NCBI GenBank assembly: GCA_050291365.1
Contig: JBNKJS010000004.1
Coordinates: 84,307 to 148,306, forward strand
DNA from: Sedimenticolaceae bacterium
GTDB lineage: Bacteria; Pseudomonadota; Gammaproteobacteria; Chromatiales; Chromatiaceae
Reading direction: 5' to 3'
DNA length: 64,000 nucleotides
A model generated the notes under the pieces. The model made no database searches and had not been told where the DNA came from. It saw nothing but the letters and a program-made list of their open reading frames with translations. The position numbers and the translations under genes are program-made. Of the stretch, positions 1 to 9,510 are shown piece after piece; the first letter of the stretch is position 1; the number at the start of each line of letters is the position of its first letter.

Positions 1-228
1 GATCGCAATCATAACCTCAGCAATATCCACATCTCCCTGGCCAGTCTCAAACGCCTTTTTCATGGCGCCAGCCTCAAGTTGAGCTTCATTGACGGTATCA
101 ATAGACTGCTTCAGAAGCTTGCTGAAATCATTACCAGCGCTCTCTTCGGGACGTACCGGCTGTGCCGCCGCCTGAGCCGCCATAACCCGCATCTGAGTCA
201 ATACCTGATTAATATTTGAAGTGCTCAT
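1..228 (-). CDS. fliE: Flagellar hook-basal body complex protein FliE (first 76 codons; gene runs off the left edge)
   Basis: ATG at 228..226 is preceded by a GGTGA Shine-Dalgarno and the frame stays open to position 1. My translation is MSTSNINQVLTQMRVMAAQAAAQPVRPEESAGNDFSKLLKQSIDTVNEAQLEAGAMKKAFETGQGDVDIAEVMIAI, which fits the FliE pattern (FS.LL..ID.VN..Q..A...F..G....EVM). It lies directly downstream of fleQ-fleS-fleR as in Pseudomonas. It is absent from the ORF track because it has no stop in the window. Confidence 0.85.
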   Translation of the reverse strand, partial: MSTSNINQVLTQMRVMAAQAAAQPVRPEESAGNDFSKLLKQSIDTVNEAQLEAGAMKKAFETGQGDVDIAEVMIAI

Positions 229-270
229 ATTCTCACCAATTGATTAGGGTTCTAGACATCTACACTCTAA

Positions 271-287
271 ATGCAGTTTTCACACCA
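271..287 (-). promoter_or_regulatory. Candidate sigma-54 (-24/-12) promoter for fliE
   Basis: The minus strand reads TGGTGTGAAAACTGCAT. GG and GC sit at the spacing of the consensus TGGCAC-N5-TTGCW. The element is about 43 nt upstream of the fliE ATG. fliE is sigma-54/FleQ-class in Pseudomonas and Vibrio. Confidence 0.55.
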
Positions 288-421
288 GTTGTAGCCGGAT
301 ATCTGTTGAATTCGTTCTGGTACAGACTGTAACCGTGAAAACAGATATCAAATTCCGTATATCCTGTTGTAATTTCGATATTTTTTGTCATATTCAGTAC
401 CACCTTCATAAAATATACGGA

Positions 422-1759
422 TTAGCCAGGTATCGGGACCCCTGCATCACGCAGGCGCGCTATTTTGTAACGCAGTGTCCTTTGACTAATTCCTAGCTTT
501 GCCGCAGCATTCTTGCGACTTCCGTTCTCGTCCCGCAGTGCATCCAGAATCATCTGCTCCTCTACCGAACGCAGATCATCATTCAGCCTACCCTTGCCGG
601 CATCCTGTTCCGTTGCGCTCGTTTCTGACTCCTCACCAAATATCAGGTCGTCCTTACCAATCTCATTGCCGCTGCTAAAGATCAATGCGCGCTGCATGAC
701 GTTATCCAGCTCCCTGGCGTTTCCTGGCCATGAATGGACGATCAGCGCCTTTTGCGCCTCATGGTCCAATCTCTTTCCGGTAATACCCTGCTTGGCGCAG
801 TGGCGATTTAGAAACAGCTCGGCCAGTGGAATTATGTCCTGGGTGCGTTTACGCAGTGGTTCAAGGTAGAGGGGAAATACGTTGAGACGGAAAAACAGAT
901 CTTCACGGAAACGTCCAGCGGATACCTCTTCCCGCAGGATTCTGTTGGATGTGGCCAGTACCCTTACATCCAGTGGAATAATCTTACGCCCGCCCAGGCG
1001 TTCAACCTCACGCTCCTGCAATACCCGCAATAGTTTGGCCTGTAGATTAAGGCTCATCTCCGAGATCTCATCCAACAGCAGGGTCCCACCCTGGGCCTGT
1101 TCAAACTTTCCCGGGGCCGAGTTGTGGGCGCCGGTGTACGCTCCTTTCTCATATCCGAACAGTACCGCCTCCAGCATGTTGTCGGGGATGGCTGCACAGT
1201 TAATGGCGATAAATGGTCCGTCCGCCCGCGGGGAATTACGGTGGATGTATCTGGCAAAAACCTCTTTACCGGTGCCGCTCTCTCCGCCGATCATCACCGT
1301 CACATCGCTTGAGGCCACTTTCTTGGCCAGCTCGAGCAGTTTGCGGGATTTGCTGTCATCAGCAACCACTCCGTCATATTCCAGATCCTGGTCCAGACTC
1401 AGTACCGCCTGTTCCACCTTCTGCACCAACATCTTGGCCTCAAAGGGTTTGGCTAGATAGTCAACAGCTCCATCTCGCATAGCTGATACCGCTTTCTCAA
1501 TATTGCCGTAGGCGGTCATGAGCAGTACCGGGATAGATGGATATGTGTTTTTAACCTGGGTCATGAGTTCATGACCATCCATGGGACGCATCTGCACATC
1601 ACTTACCACCATGCCCACAGATTTGTGCTGCATAATCTCAAGGGCAGCCTTGCCATCGCTTGCAGACTCAACGTTATAGCCGGCAAGCTCTAGTGTTTCA
1701 CACAACGCCTCCCGCAGTGTTGGATCATCTTCAGCTACTAAAACGGTCGCTTGGCTCAT
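422..1759 (-). CDS. fleR: Sigma-54-dependent flagellar response regulator (receiver + AAA+ + Fis-type HTH)
   Basis: 445 aa. Receiver domain (VVSDVQMRPMDG), Walker A GESGTGKE, sigma-54 contact loop EKGAYTGA, and C-terminal HTH ISQRTLRYKI. The start overlaps the stop of the upstream kinase gene (ATGA at 1756-1759). Confidence 0.9.
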   Translation of the reverse strand: MSQATVLVAEDDPTLREALCETLELAGYNVESASDGKAALEIMQHKSVGMVVSDVQMRPMDGHELMTQVKNTYPSIPVLLMTAYGNIEKAVSAMRDGAVDYLAKPFEAKMLVQKVEQAVLSLDQDLEYDGVVADDSKSRKLLELAKKVASSDVTVMIGGESGTGKEVFARYIHRNSPRADGPFIAINCAAIPDNMLEAVLFGYEKGAYTGAHNSAPGKFEQAQGGTLLLDEISEMSLNLQAKLLRVLQEREVERLGGRKIIPLDVRVLATSNRILREEVSAGRFREDLFFRLNVFPLYLEPLRKRTQDIIPLAELFLNRHCAKQGITGKRLDHEAQKALIVHSWPGNARELDNVMQRALIFSSGNEIGKDDLIFGEESETSATEQDAGKGRLNDDLRSVEEQMILDALRDENGSRKNAAAKLGISQRTLRYKIARLRDAGVPIPG

Positions 1760-2994
1760 ACAACAGCCCTCCGGAGAATAGGTAATGATTTGTCGCTATC
1801 CGTCGTCTTTGATTCTGATGTGAAATTTTCTGGCAATGGGACCTTTGGCAGCTCGATTTTAAAGCTGGCACCATCCTCATCTGGCGCTTGCAAGGCAATC
1901 CTGCCGTTATGGTCCAGAATCACAGCCTGGACCACAGCAAGGCCGAGACCGGTGCCACTGGTGCTGGTGGTAAAGAATGGATCGAATACCTTATCTTGAA
2001 TCTCTGGGGCAATACCTGGACCGTTGTCCCTTATGGTCAAACTCAGGCTCTTATCGCTGGTCTGACATAACTCCATTTCCAACCTCACCCCTTCACCACC
2101 ATGCTTCAGGGAGTTGGTGGCGATATTCATTACGGCCCCCTGCAGGGCGTCACGATTTCCTGAAACAATACATCTACCTGGGATCAGGTTGGTAAAACTT
2201 AACTTGGCACTGTTTTTCTTCAGCCCAGGATCTAGCATCTGGATGGTCTCTTCAAGTAATGGGATGAGATCAAACAGTTCCGGGGAGTATTGTCCTCCCC
2301 TGGTGAAGGCCAGCATATCGTTAATTTGGCGCTCCATTAGTTGCAAACTTACCTTGATCCTTTCGGAGAATCTTTCCCGACGCTCAGCTCCCAGCTCTTC
2401 ATTGCTTAGATGTGATGCATAGAGCAAGGCAGATGAGAGAGGGGTACGAATCTGATGGGCCAGCTGCGCCGCCATCCTACCCATGGTGCTGAGTCTTTGT
2501 CTGCGGTTGAGACGTTCCTGAAGTTCGCGGGTCTCAGTGATATCAAGAAAGAGAAGGATACGACCTTTGTCTGAATCAAGCTTGCGCTCGGTCATACTGA
2601 CTAGACGCCCATTGATCAGGCACTGCTCTTTTCCATGCTGGTCTGGTTGAAAATTAGCCCCATAGATCTGGCTCCAGACTAGATCTGTCTGAATAGTATT
2701 AAATAGTTCATTGGCTGATGGGTTGTACTGCTCCACCCGATCCTCCCCATCCAATACCACCACGGCGGCTGGTAATGCATCCAGGAGTTGAGTAAGACGA
2801 TTGGCCAGGAGCTCTTTTTCTGCCAGCTGACGCATACGCTCTGACCTTGCAGTTGCCAACTCGGAACTGAGTTGCCCAACCTGATCCTGGAGTTGCTGGT
2901 AGGAGTCGACAAGCTGCTCAGACACCTGGTTAAAGACCTGGAAGGCATCTTCGAGCTGTTTCTGATTAAGCGGGTTTCCGCTAGTTGTCTGCAT
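1756..2994 (-). CDS. fleS: Flagellar two-component sensor histidine kinase (PAS + HisKA + HATPase_c), apparently cytoplasmic
   Basis: 412 aa. H-box AAQLAHQIRTPLS, and G-boxes RDNGPGI and GTGLGLA. I see no obvious TM segment. It is translationally coupled to fleR. Confidence 0.85.
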   Translation of the reverse strand: MQTTSGNPLNQKQLEDAFQVFNQVSEQLVDSYQQLQDQVGQLSSELATARSERMRQLAEKELLANRLTQLLDALPAAVVVLDGEDRVEQYNPSANELFNTIQTDLVWSQIYGANFQPDQHGKEQCLINGRLVSMTERKLDSDKGRILLFLDITETRELQERLNRRQRLSTMGRMAAQLAHQIRTPLSSALLYASHLSNEELGAERRERFSERIKVSLQLMERQINDMLAFTRGGQYSPELFDLIPLLEETIQMLDPGLKKNSAKLSFTNLIPGRCIVSGNRDALQGAVMNIATNSLKHGGEGVRLEMELCQTSDKSLSLTIRDNGPGIAPEIQDKVFDPFFTTSTSGTGLGLAVVQAVILDHNGRIALQAPDEDGASFKIELPKVPLPENFTSESKTTDSDKSLPILRRAVV

Positions 2995-3041
2995 ATTACA
3001 CTACCAATTGAAACCATTCGGATATCGATTCAACTGAATAG

Positions 3042-3058
3042 GTGCAATATGTATGCCT
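3042..3058 (-). promoter_or_regulatory. Candidate sigma-54 (-24/-12) promoter for the fleS-fleR operon
   Basis: The minus strand reads AGGCATACATATTGCAC, with GG and TTGCA at exactly the consensus spacing (TGGCAC-N5-TTGCA). It is about 48 nt upstream of the fleS ATG. fleSR is the FleQ-dependent class II operon in Pseudomonas. Confidence 0.65.
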
Positions 3059-3128
3059 ATTTATATATTCCTTTTATTTCAATAGGTTAGTAATTGTATA
3101 TTTCCTTGAGTCAAATATATGACTTGGT

Positions 3129-4583
3129 TCAGGCCCTTTGAATGCCATATTTACGTAACTTCTCAACCAGAGTAGTACGGCGCATCTTCAGCGCCTTTGC
3201 CGCATGGGCCACCACTCCATCTGATTCGTCCAGGGCCTGTTTAATAAGGGAAAGCTCCACATCTCCCAGATGTGCCTTCAGATCAATTCCATCCTTGGGT
3301 AGCCTTGGTCCAGACTCGATTGTACCCGGCTCATCCCCAGGCATGGTTACTATGGGAAGAACATAGTCTGATTCTCCAGAAGGAAGCTCTATCCCCTCCC
3401 GGAACTTTTCTGGGAGATCTTTGACATCCACAACCCCATAAGGATAAAGAATAGCCAGGCGTTCTATTAGATTGGCAAGCTCCCGCACATTTCCAGGCCA
3501 CTGATAGTGAGAGAGAGCCGCCACTGCTGCTGGTGTGAGCCGCACTGAGCCACGCTTTTCGGTCTCAATCCTGGAGATAAGATCATTCACCAGTACGGCA
3601 ATATCCTCCACCCTCTCCCGCAGTGGTGGCACCTCTATGGGAAAAACATTTAAACGATAATAGAGATCTTCCCGGAATCTGCCCTCTTTTATTAACTGCT
3701 CCAGATCTCGATGAGTTGCCGCGATGATGCGTACACTACACTGTATGGTCTTGTTACTGCCAACCCGCTCGAATGATCGCTCCTGCAGTACTCGCAGGAT
3801 CTTTACCTGCATGGGAAGGCTCATATCCCCGATCTCATCCAGAAACAGGGTTCCACCCTCGGCCAGTTCGAACCGACCCTGTCTTGAACTTATAGCCCCA
3901 GTAAAGGCGCCCTTCTCATGCCCAAATAGTTCACTCTCCAACAAATCGGCCGGTATAGCTCCACAGTTTACTGGCACGAATGGCTTGCCCCGTCGATTGG
4001 AGTGGAAGTGGAGCTTACGAGCCACAACCTCCTTGCCGGTTCCTGATTCACCTAATATGAGTACGGTAGCATCTGAATCTGCGACCTGTTCAATCATACG
4101 GTTTATCTGCCTAGTGGCCCGGCTATTGCCAGAAAAACTCCGGAACAGCTCCAACCTTCTATTGGTACTCTCGCCTGCAACCTGATTCTCCATGTACAGC
4201 TGAGCTCTGGAAAGAGAGTTCATCAGCGCCGTGTAGCTGGTGGGCAGTGTTATATCCCCCAGGACGCCATTGTGGGATAGCTTCTTCCTGGGCTTTTTAT
4301 CATCTTGGACCAGAAACAGGGCTGGGGCATGCTCTATTTCATTAAGTTTTCTGGACAACTTTTCACAGTCATCGTCGCTTATGGCTGGGGAGAGCATGAT
4401 GGCCGTATACTGCTCTTTCTCTATTAGATGCTTCTCCAAAGCATTAACATCATCGTCGGCCAGAAGGGAATAATCTACAAATTCCAGTATACTTCTCAGA
4501 TAGCTAATCCTGGAATTATCACTGTCAAACAACAGTACTTTTCCGCAGCTATGGATGTGATCTGACTTGCTCTGTTCAGACAT
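3129..4583 (-). CDS. fleQ: Sigma-54-dependent flagellar master regulator (FleQ/FlrA type)
   Basis: 484 aa. N-terminal FleQ-type receiver-like domain, Walker [15 protein letters not shown] loop (HEKGAFTGA), and a C-terminal HTH. It is the first gene of the fleQ-fleS-fleR-fliE series. Confidence 0.9.
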   Translation of the reverse strand: MSEQSKSDHIHSCGKVLLFDSDNSRISYLRSILEFVDYSLLADDDVNALEKHLIEKEQYTAIMLSPAISDDDCEKLSRKLNEIEHAPALFLVQDDKKPRKKLSHNGVLGDITLPTSYTALMNSLSRAQLYMENQVAGESTNRRLELFRSFSGNSRATRQINRMIEQVADSDATVLILGESGTGKEVVARKLHFHSNRRGKPFVPVNCGAIPADLLESELFGHEKGAFTGAISSRQGRFELAEGGTLFLDEIGDMSLPMQVKILRVLQERSFERVGSNKTIQCSVRIIAATHRDLEQLIKEGRFREDLYYRLNVFPIEVPPLRERVEDIAVLVNDLISRIETEKRGSVRLTPAAVAALSHYQWPGNVRELANLIERLAILYPYGVVDVKDLPEKFREGIELPSGESDYVLPIVTMPGDEPGTIESGPRLPKDGIDLKAHLGDVELSLIKQALDESDGVVAHAAKALKMRRTTLVEKLRKYGIQRA

Positions 4584-4737
4584 GCAATATAGTTCTCATT
4601 CAATTCTGAATATTTAGGATTCGTAGATACTCAGAGTAAAGCACTATATTACCCGCATGTCAAAATATCGTCATATTGCAAAGCTGCGGCCTAACTATGT
4701 TGAATATATTGGTATTAGTATTTAATTTCTTCGGTCT

Positions 4738-5301
4738 TTATCCATATTTTGACTGAGCAACCATACGCCTGTGGTGTCGAAAAATCATCTTCTCTAGCTG
4801 ATCCTGCACCACTTCTCCCATATCTTCAAACCTGGCTGTGACAGCAGTAACACCCCCTGCATCGTTAAGGGTTAATACCCTTGCAGCCAACTTCATAGCC
4901 TCAGGAATTCTGTTGTCGACATAAATATTTATCCAGATTCTGTCCCCTTCAGCTGGTGGCTGTTCCTTACAGCCCCACTCTATACCCGCTGCAGATAGCC
5001 TTACCTGAGCTGCATCTGGGAGATCAACGCTAGCTCTATCCAGCTTGGTCACCATCTCAAGAAGCAGATTTACCTTTGCCTCCAGCCTAATCAAGGCAGA
5101 TTCTGTTTCTGACTCCTCATCTGTCTTCTCCTTGGCCGGCTCACCCAGTAGATTAACGCAACGAATCACATGCTCATTATGTTCATCTACTCTGGCGTAG
5201 TTAATTGATTGGGAGTCATGTTTTCTGGCAACCCATGAAACTGGTAGTAAATCTTCATAAGTCAGGCTATCAGAAAGTGGGTTTGTTTCAGAAATTGTCA
5301 T
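4738..5301 (-). CDS. Hypothetical protein, probable atypical PilZ-type (c-di-GMP receptor-like) protein
   Basis: 187 aa. An acidic linker is followed by a long helix (ESALIRLEAKVNLLLEMVTKL) and then a beta-rich domain. It carries RLSAAG (resembling the PilZ D/NxSxxG motif) and a C-terminal FRHHRRM (RxxxR-like). The family call is from memory of the atypical/tetrameric PilZ family and is not verified. Confidence 0.4.
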   Translation of the reverse strand: MTISETNPLSDSLTYEDLLPVSWVARKHDSQSINYARVDEHNEHVIRCVNLLGEPAKEKTDEESETESALIRLEAKVNLLLEMVTKLDRASVDLPDAAQVRLSAAGIEWGCKEQPPAEGDRIWINIYVDNRIPEAMKLAARVLTLNDAGGVTAVTARFEDMGEVVQDQLEKMIFRHHRRMVAQSKYG

Positions 5302-5385
5302 CTATTCACCTGTGTTTACTTGACAGATTAGTGGCAGCATCATAGAAAGAAGATACATCAGCCATTATAGTGTAAACAGGCCTTT

Positions 5386-6648
5386 ATGAACGATATCCCA
5401 TTAAGCATGTTATTCGGCATGCTTATCCTCCTTATTATGTTGTCGGCCTTTTTTTCCGGCTCAGAAACCGCGCTGATGACCATAAACCGCTATCGCCTGC
5501 GCCATATGAAAAACAGCGGTCATGCTGGTGCCACCCGCGCCCATAACCTGCTGAAGAGACCGGACCGCCTGATAGGACTTATCCTACTTGGTAACAACTT
5601 TGTAAATATTCTGGCCTCTTCCCTAGCTACGGTCATTGCCATCAGGATGGGGGTAGAGGATCCAATCGCATATGCTGCATTTATATTGACCTTTGTTATC
5701 CTGATCTTTGCAGAGCTGACCCCAAAAACTCTAGCCGCGGTGCATCCGGAAAAGCTGGCATTCCCCGCCGCATTTATTTACAAACCACTTCTTAAACTTC
5801 TCTATCCGATAATCTGGCTGGTAAATATTATCGCGAACACTCTGTTGAGGTTGTTCGGTATTTCACCTGACGATATAGATGATCAGAACCTGAGTCAGGA
5901 TGAACTGCGCACTGTGGTAGCTGAAGCTGGGGCCATGGTCCCCAAGAGGCATCAGAAGATGCTGCTCAGCATACTTGACCTGCAAAACGAAACCGTTGAA
6001 GACATAATGATCCCGCGTAATGAGCTAGACGGCATTGACCTGGAGGACAGCATTGAAGAGATCATTACCCAACTACAGAATAGCTTCTACACCAGGATGG
6101 TGGTGTTCGACAACGGCATTGATAATCTGGTTGGGGTTATCCACATTCGCAACGCCATGATCGCTTTCACCCAAGGGGAGTTAACCAAGGAAAAAATAAA
6201 AGAGATAGTGGAAGAGCCATACTTCATTCCGGAGGGAACACCACTAAACAGACAGCTTCTCAACTTTCAGCGTGAGAAAAAAGGTTTCGGCCTGGTAGTG
6301 GACGAGTATGGAGATCTATTGGGGCTAGTTACCCTAGCTGACCTGCTCGAAGAGATCGTGGGTGAGTTTACCACCGACCCCTCTGACAATGTTCCAGATG
6401 TTCAACCACAGGATGACGGCAGTTTTCTGGTGGCTGGTAGCGCGGAAATACGGGAGCTGGTAAAGGTATTCAACTGGGATCTTCCGGAAGATGGACCCAG
6501 AACGATTAATGGTCTGATCATTGAGTATATGGAGGCCATACCACAGCCTGGAACATCACTGCTACTTGAGGGTTATCCAATTGAGATATTACAAACCCAC
6601 GATAATGCAGTGAAGATGCTCAAGATTTGGCCAGATCAGCGCAAATAA
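5386..6648 (+). CDS. HlyC/CorC family transporter (DUF21/CNNM membrane domain + CBS pair + CorC_HlyC domain)
   Basis: 420 aa. Four N-terminal TM helices with SGSETAL, a CBS-pair region (EDIMIPRNE...), and a C-terminal CorC/HlyC transporter-associated domain. Confidence 0.85.
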   Translation: MNDIPLSMLFGMLILLIMLSAFFSGSETALMTINRYRLRHMKNSGHAGATRAHNLLKRPDRLIGLILLGNNFVNILASSLATVIAIRMGVEDPIAYAAFILTFVILIFAELTPKTLAAVHPEKLAFPAAFIYKPLLKLLYPIIWLVNIIANTLLRLFGISPDDIDDQNLSQDELRTVVAEAGAMVPKRHQKMLLSILDLQNETVEDIMIPRNELDGIDLEDSIEEIITQLQNSFYTRMVVFDNGIDNLVGVIHIRNAMIAFTQGELTKEKIKEIVEEPYFIPEGTPLNRQLLNFQREKKGFGLVVDEYGDLLGLVTLADLLEEIVGEFTTDPSDNVPDVQPQDDGSFLVAGSAEIRELVKVFNWDLPEDGPRTINGLIIEYMEAIPQPGTSLLLEGYPIEILQTHDNAVKMLKIWPDQRK

Positions 6649-6758
6649 CCCAGTTCACAAAAACTCTCATTATATTGAATGCAAAAAATGAAAAAAGTTA
6701 TACTAGCGATCAGTTGATGCGATTCTCGAATATAGCTTCTGCCAGCTTTTGATAATAA

Positions 6759-7148
6759 ATGAATAATAGATCTGAAGACACGAATACAACCTCAAACCCA
6801 ACTCATATTTCAGGGGAAGCAGCCTTCGACAAAATCGTCCGTGATCTCGATGCGCTGCCAGCCGGTTTTGTTCAGATAACCAATGGCGAGCATATTGGGA
6901 GAATTATAGCCCTCAACCGCTCTATGACACGCTTAGGACTATCGGGTAATGCTTGTGCCATAGTAGCCAATCGAGGCGATGAGGGATATTTTCTGACCCC
7001 CCTGGATGGAAAGGCCTATCCATTAGTGAACGGCAAACCTACCGGCGATGCCACTATTCAGCTTTCCGATGGCGCCATCATTGAGATAGATGGCATCCAG
7101 ATGAAATTCCATCAAGGAAACTCTTCTCCTGCCGATACAACTCTTTAA
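6759..7148 (+). CDS. Small FHA-like domain protein (degenerate FHA)
   Basis: 129 aa. GRIIALNRSMTRLGLSGNACAIVANRGDEGYFLTPLDGKAYPLVNGKPTGDATIQLSDGAIIEIDGIQMKF follows the FHA beta-sandwich pattern (GR..., NG, L.dGd.i.iG...f). It lacks the canonical S-x-x-H phosphothreonine-binding residues. Confidence 0.4.
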   Translation: MNNRSEDTNTTSNPTHISGEAAFDKIVRDLDALPAGFVQITNGEHIGRIIALNRSMTRLGLSGNACAIVANRGDEGYFLTPLDGKAYPLVNGKPTGDATIQLSDGAIIEIDGIQMKFHQGNSSPADTTL

Positions 7149-7257
7149 CAAACCACAAAACCCGATAGTAGCGCTCTCTAATTAACCAGCGGATTTATGG
7201 TTTATAATCTATTATGTGCCGGGCGGCCGGTTTCAAGATATATAAAGAGGAAACATT

Positions 7258-7629
7258 ATGGTCAGCGAAAACAGCGAAAATAGACGTAAATTCCAGCGCG
7301 TACTGTTCGATGCTGATACCAGGATTGAAATAGACTCCGTAACTATGTCAGCAAGGTTGATCGACATCTCACTCAATGGCGCCCTACTGGAAAGACCCAA
7401 ACACTGGTCTACTGCTACCGGTGAAAATGTTTCTATCTCAATAAATCTTGATCAGGAGGAAGAGTTCTCTATCCATATGCAGGCCGAGGTCGCTCATATT
7501 GATGATGATAAGGTTGGGTTGCACTGCAGACATATAGATATGGAGAGCATCACCAATCTGCGTCGTCTGTTGGAGCTAAACCTGGGAGATCCAGATCTGC
7601 TGGAGCGCGAACTGGCTGTACTAGGCTAG
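7258..7629 (+). CDS. PilZ domain protein (canonical c-di-GMP binding motifs)
   Basis: 123 aa. RxxxR (RKFQR) lies near the N-terminus and DxSxxG (DISLNG) follows about 30 residues later. Confidence 0.8.
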   Translation: MVSENSENRRKFQRVLFDADTRIEIDSVTMSARLIDISLNGALLERPKHWSTATGENVSISINLDQEEEFSIHMQAEVAHIDDDKVGLHCRHIDMESITNLRRLLELNLGDPDLLERELAVLG

Positions 7630-7702
7630 GGGCAGATAACATCTGACTAAGTCCCTGGCGGCCTAGGCGCTGCCTGTGCGTCTTGAGATGCGAAGCGGTT
7701 AC

Positions 7703-8089
7703 TTAATCTGGCGTACCTTGCCATAACATCTTATAGCCCATCTCATATGTATCTGAACAGTACTCAGACAGGGCGCTGAACCTCTCTTTAAAAACGGTGT
7801 CCGCGTGGGACTTCTCATGCTGCTCAAACGATCTCCAGTAGGTCATAATGACCAGGTGGTCATCACTCTTTTTGTCGGGATCAAATGAACCCTGCTCAGA
7901 AACAAACCCCGTATATTCGAAGACCTGACCGCCGATAAAGCCACCCTCTTCATCCCCATAGGTATTCTTCACGACATTACACATCTCGCCCAGAGCGAGC
8001 TCCACATCTTCAGAGCTAACTCCCTGCTTCAACTTGATGACGTTAAACAACATTACTACGCCAAATGGAATGGTGATTGGTTCAAACAT
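7703..8089 (-). CDS. Hypothetical protein (possibly an ABM/Dabb-like alpha+beta barrel)
   Basis: 128 aa ORF with codon usage like its neighbours. I recognise no diagnostic motif. YWRSFEQHEKSHADTVF is loosely ABM-like. Confidence 0.45.
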   Translation of the reverse strand: MFEPITIPFGVVMLFNVIKLKQGVSSEDVELALGEMCNVVKNTYGDEEGGFIGGQVFEYTGFVSEQGSFDPDKKSDDHLVIMTYWRSFEQHEKSHADTVFKERFSALSEYCSDTYEMGYKMLWQGTPD

Positions 8090-8142
8090 CTATAGTCTCC
8101 CATTATCAAACCTTGATTCAATAATAGACAACTATTCAGGAA

Positions 8143-9510
8143 TCATATTGCATCCAGCGCATCTGAAAGACGATCAACAGCAATAATCTCAACTCCATCC
8201 ATACTTTTCTTAGGAGCATTAGCCCTAGGGAGTATTACCCGTTTAAAACCGTGCTTTGCCGCCTCTTGCAGCCTCTCCTGGCCACTGGGAACAGGCCTAA
8301 TCTCACCGGCCAGACCAACCTCGCCAAAAATAGCCAGATCATGGGGTAGAGGGCGATCACGGAAGCTAGATAACACCGCTAGTAACACCGGCAAATCAGC
8401 GGCAGTTTCGGTAATACGCACCCCCCCAACCACGTTGATATAGACATCCTGATCGAACATAGCTATGCCGCCATGCCGATGCAGCACCGCAAGGAGCATA
8501 CTCAGACGATTCTGCTCCATTCCCAGGGTAACCCGCCTGGGATTGCCCAGTTGACTCTCATCCACCAGGGACTGCACCTCCACCAGCAAAGGTCGACTGC
8601 CCTCGCGGGTAACCAGGATAGCGCTGCCAGGCACCTCCTTCTGATGTTTAGACAGAAATATAGCTGAGGGGTTGGTTACCTCGCGCAGGCCTTTGTCGGT
8701 CATAGCGAATACGCCAAGCTCATTCACTGCGCCAAAGCGGTTTTTGATGGTGCGAATCAGGCGGAACTGACTCCCATGCTCTCCCTCAAAATAGAGCACG
8801 GTATCCACCATATGCTCCAATACCCTGGGACCGGCCAAGGTGCCCTCTTTGGTTACATGTCCAACCAGAAAAATAGCTGTACCCATCTGTTTGGCAAAGC
8901 GCACCAATTGGGCCGTAGACTCCCGTACCTGTGCCACTGACCCCGGAGCCGACTGTAACTGCTCGGTATAAACGGTCTGGATAGAGTCGATCACCATCAC
9001 AGTGGGGCGCTCAATGGATGCCTGCTTCAGGATAGTCTCAACGCAGGTCTCGGTGAAAAGCTTAAGGCCATCACAGGGCAAACCAAGGCGGTGGGCGCGC
9101 ATACTGATCTGTTCTGGAGACTCTTCACCGCTGATATAGAGGGTTGAGACATTCCCCTGAAATTTAGTCATAGCCTGAATAAGAAGGGTCGATTTGCCGA
9201 TTCCAGGATCACCCCCGATCAGCACCACCGAACCAGAGACCAGCCCACCGCCCAGCACTCGGTCAAGTTCCGTGATGCCGGTGGAGATACCTCTGTTCTG
9301 GGATGGCTCTACCTCTGACAGGGCGAATACCTGAGAGGCTGGGACATCTCCAGCATAACCTGAGAAACGGCTATTCCTGCCCCCACTGGTTCTGGCGGCA
9401 GTCTCGCTCAGACTGTTCCAGGCGCCGCAATCAGGACACTGTCCAGACCATTTGGGAAACATCCCTCCACACTCTTTGCAACTGTAAGCTGTCTTCTCTT
9501 TAACGCTCAC
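8143..9510 (-). CDS. radA: DNA repair protein RadA/Sms
   Basis: N-terminal zinc finger CKECG...CPDCGAWN, Walker A GGDPGIGKSTLL, KNRFG motif, and a Lon-like C-terminal domain. I place the start at GTG 9510 (MSVKEKTAYSCKECG...), typical of RadA N-termini. It overlaps the alr stop as GTGA. The track start at 9555 would add 15 non-conserved residues inside alr. Confidence 0.92.
   Translation of the reverse strand: MSVKEKTAYSCKECGGMFPKWSGQCPDCGAWNSLSETAARTSGGRNSRFSGYAGDVPASQVFALSEVEPSQNRGISTGITELDRVLGGGLVSGSVVLIGGDPGIGKSTLLIQAMTKFQGNVSTLYISGEESPEQISMRAHRLGLPCDGLKLFTETCVETILKQASIERPTVMVIDSIQTVYTEQLQSAPGSVAQVRESTAQLVRFAKQMGTAIFLVGHVTKEGTLAGPRVLEHMVDTVLYFEGEHGSQFRLIRTIKNRFGAVNELGVFAMTDKGLREVTNPSAIFLSKHQKEVPGSAILVTREGSRPLLVEVQSLVDESQLGNPRRVTLGMEQNRLSMLLAVLHRHGGIAMFDQDVYINVVGGVRITETAADLPVLLAVLSSFRDRPLPHDLAIFGEVGLAGEIRPVPSGQERLQEAAKHGFKRVILPRANAPKKSMDGVEIIAVDRLSDALDAI

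Noticed and set aside
513-1482. Several 60-190 aa plus-strand ORFs in the track (513..869, 882..1460, 1124..1312, 1213..1482) lie antisense to fleR. Similar sets occur opposite hrpA, pgi, comEC, glgC, lolC and others.
   Set aside because: They lie entirely inside well-supported long genes on the other strand. Their composition is Ser/Arg/Pro-rich and low-complexity, typical of antisense shadows, and they have no SD sequences or recognisable motifs.
7931-7938. GCCGATAA (the sigma-28/FliA -10 consensus) occurs here, and there are similar hits near 10697 and 27674.
   Set aside because: All hits are inside coding regions, none has a TAAAG -35 element at 15-nt spacing, and they are oriented without a downstream gene to serve.
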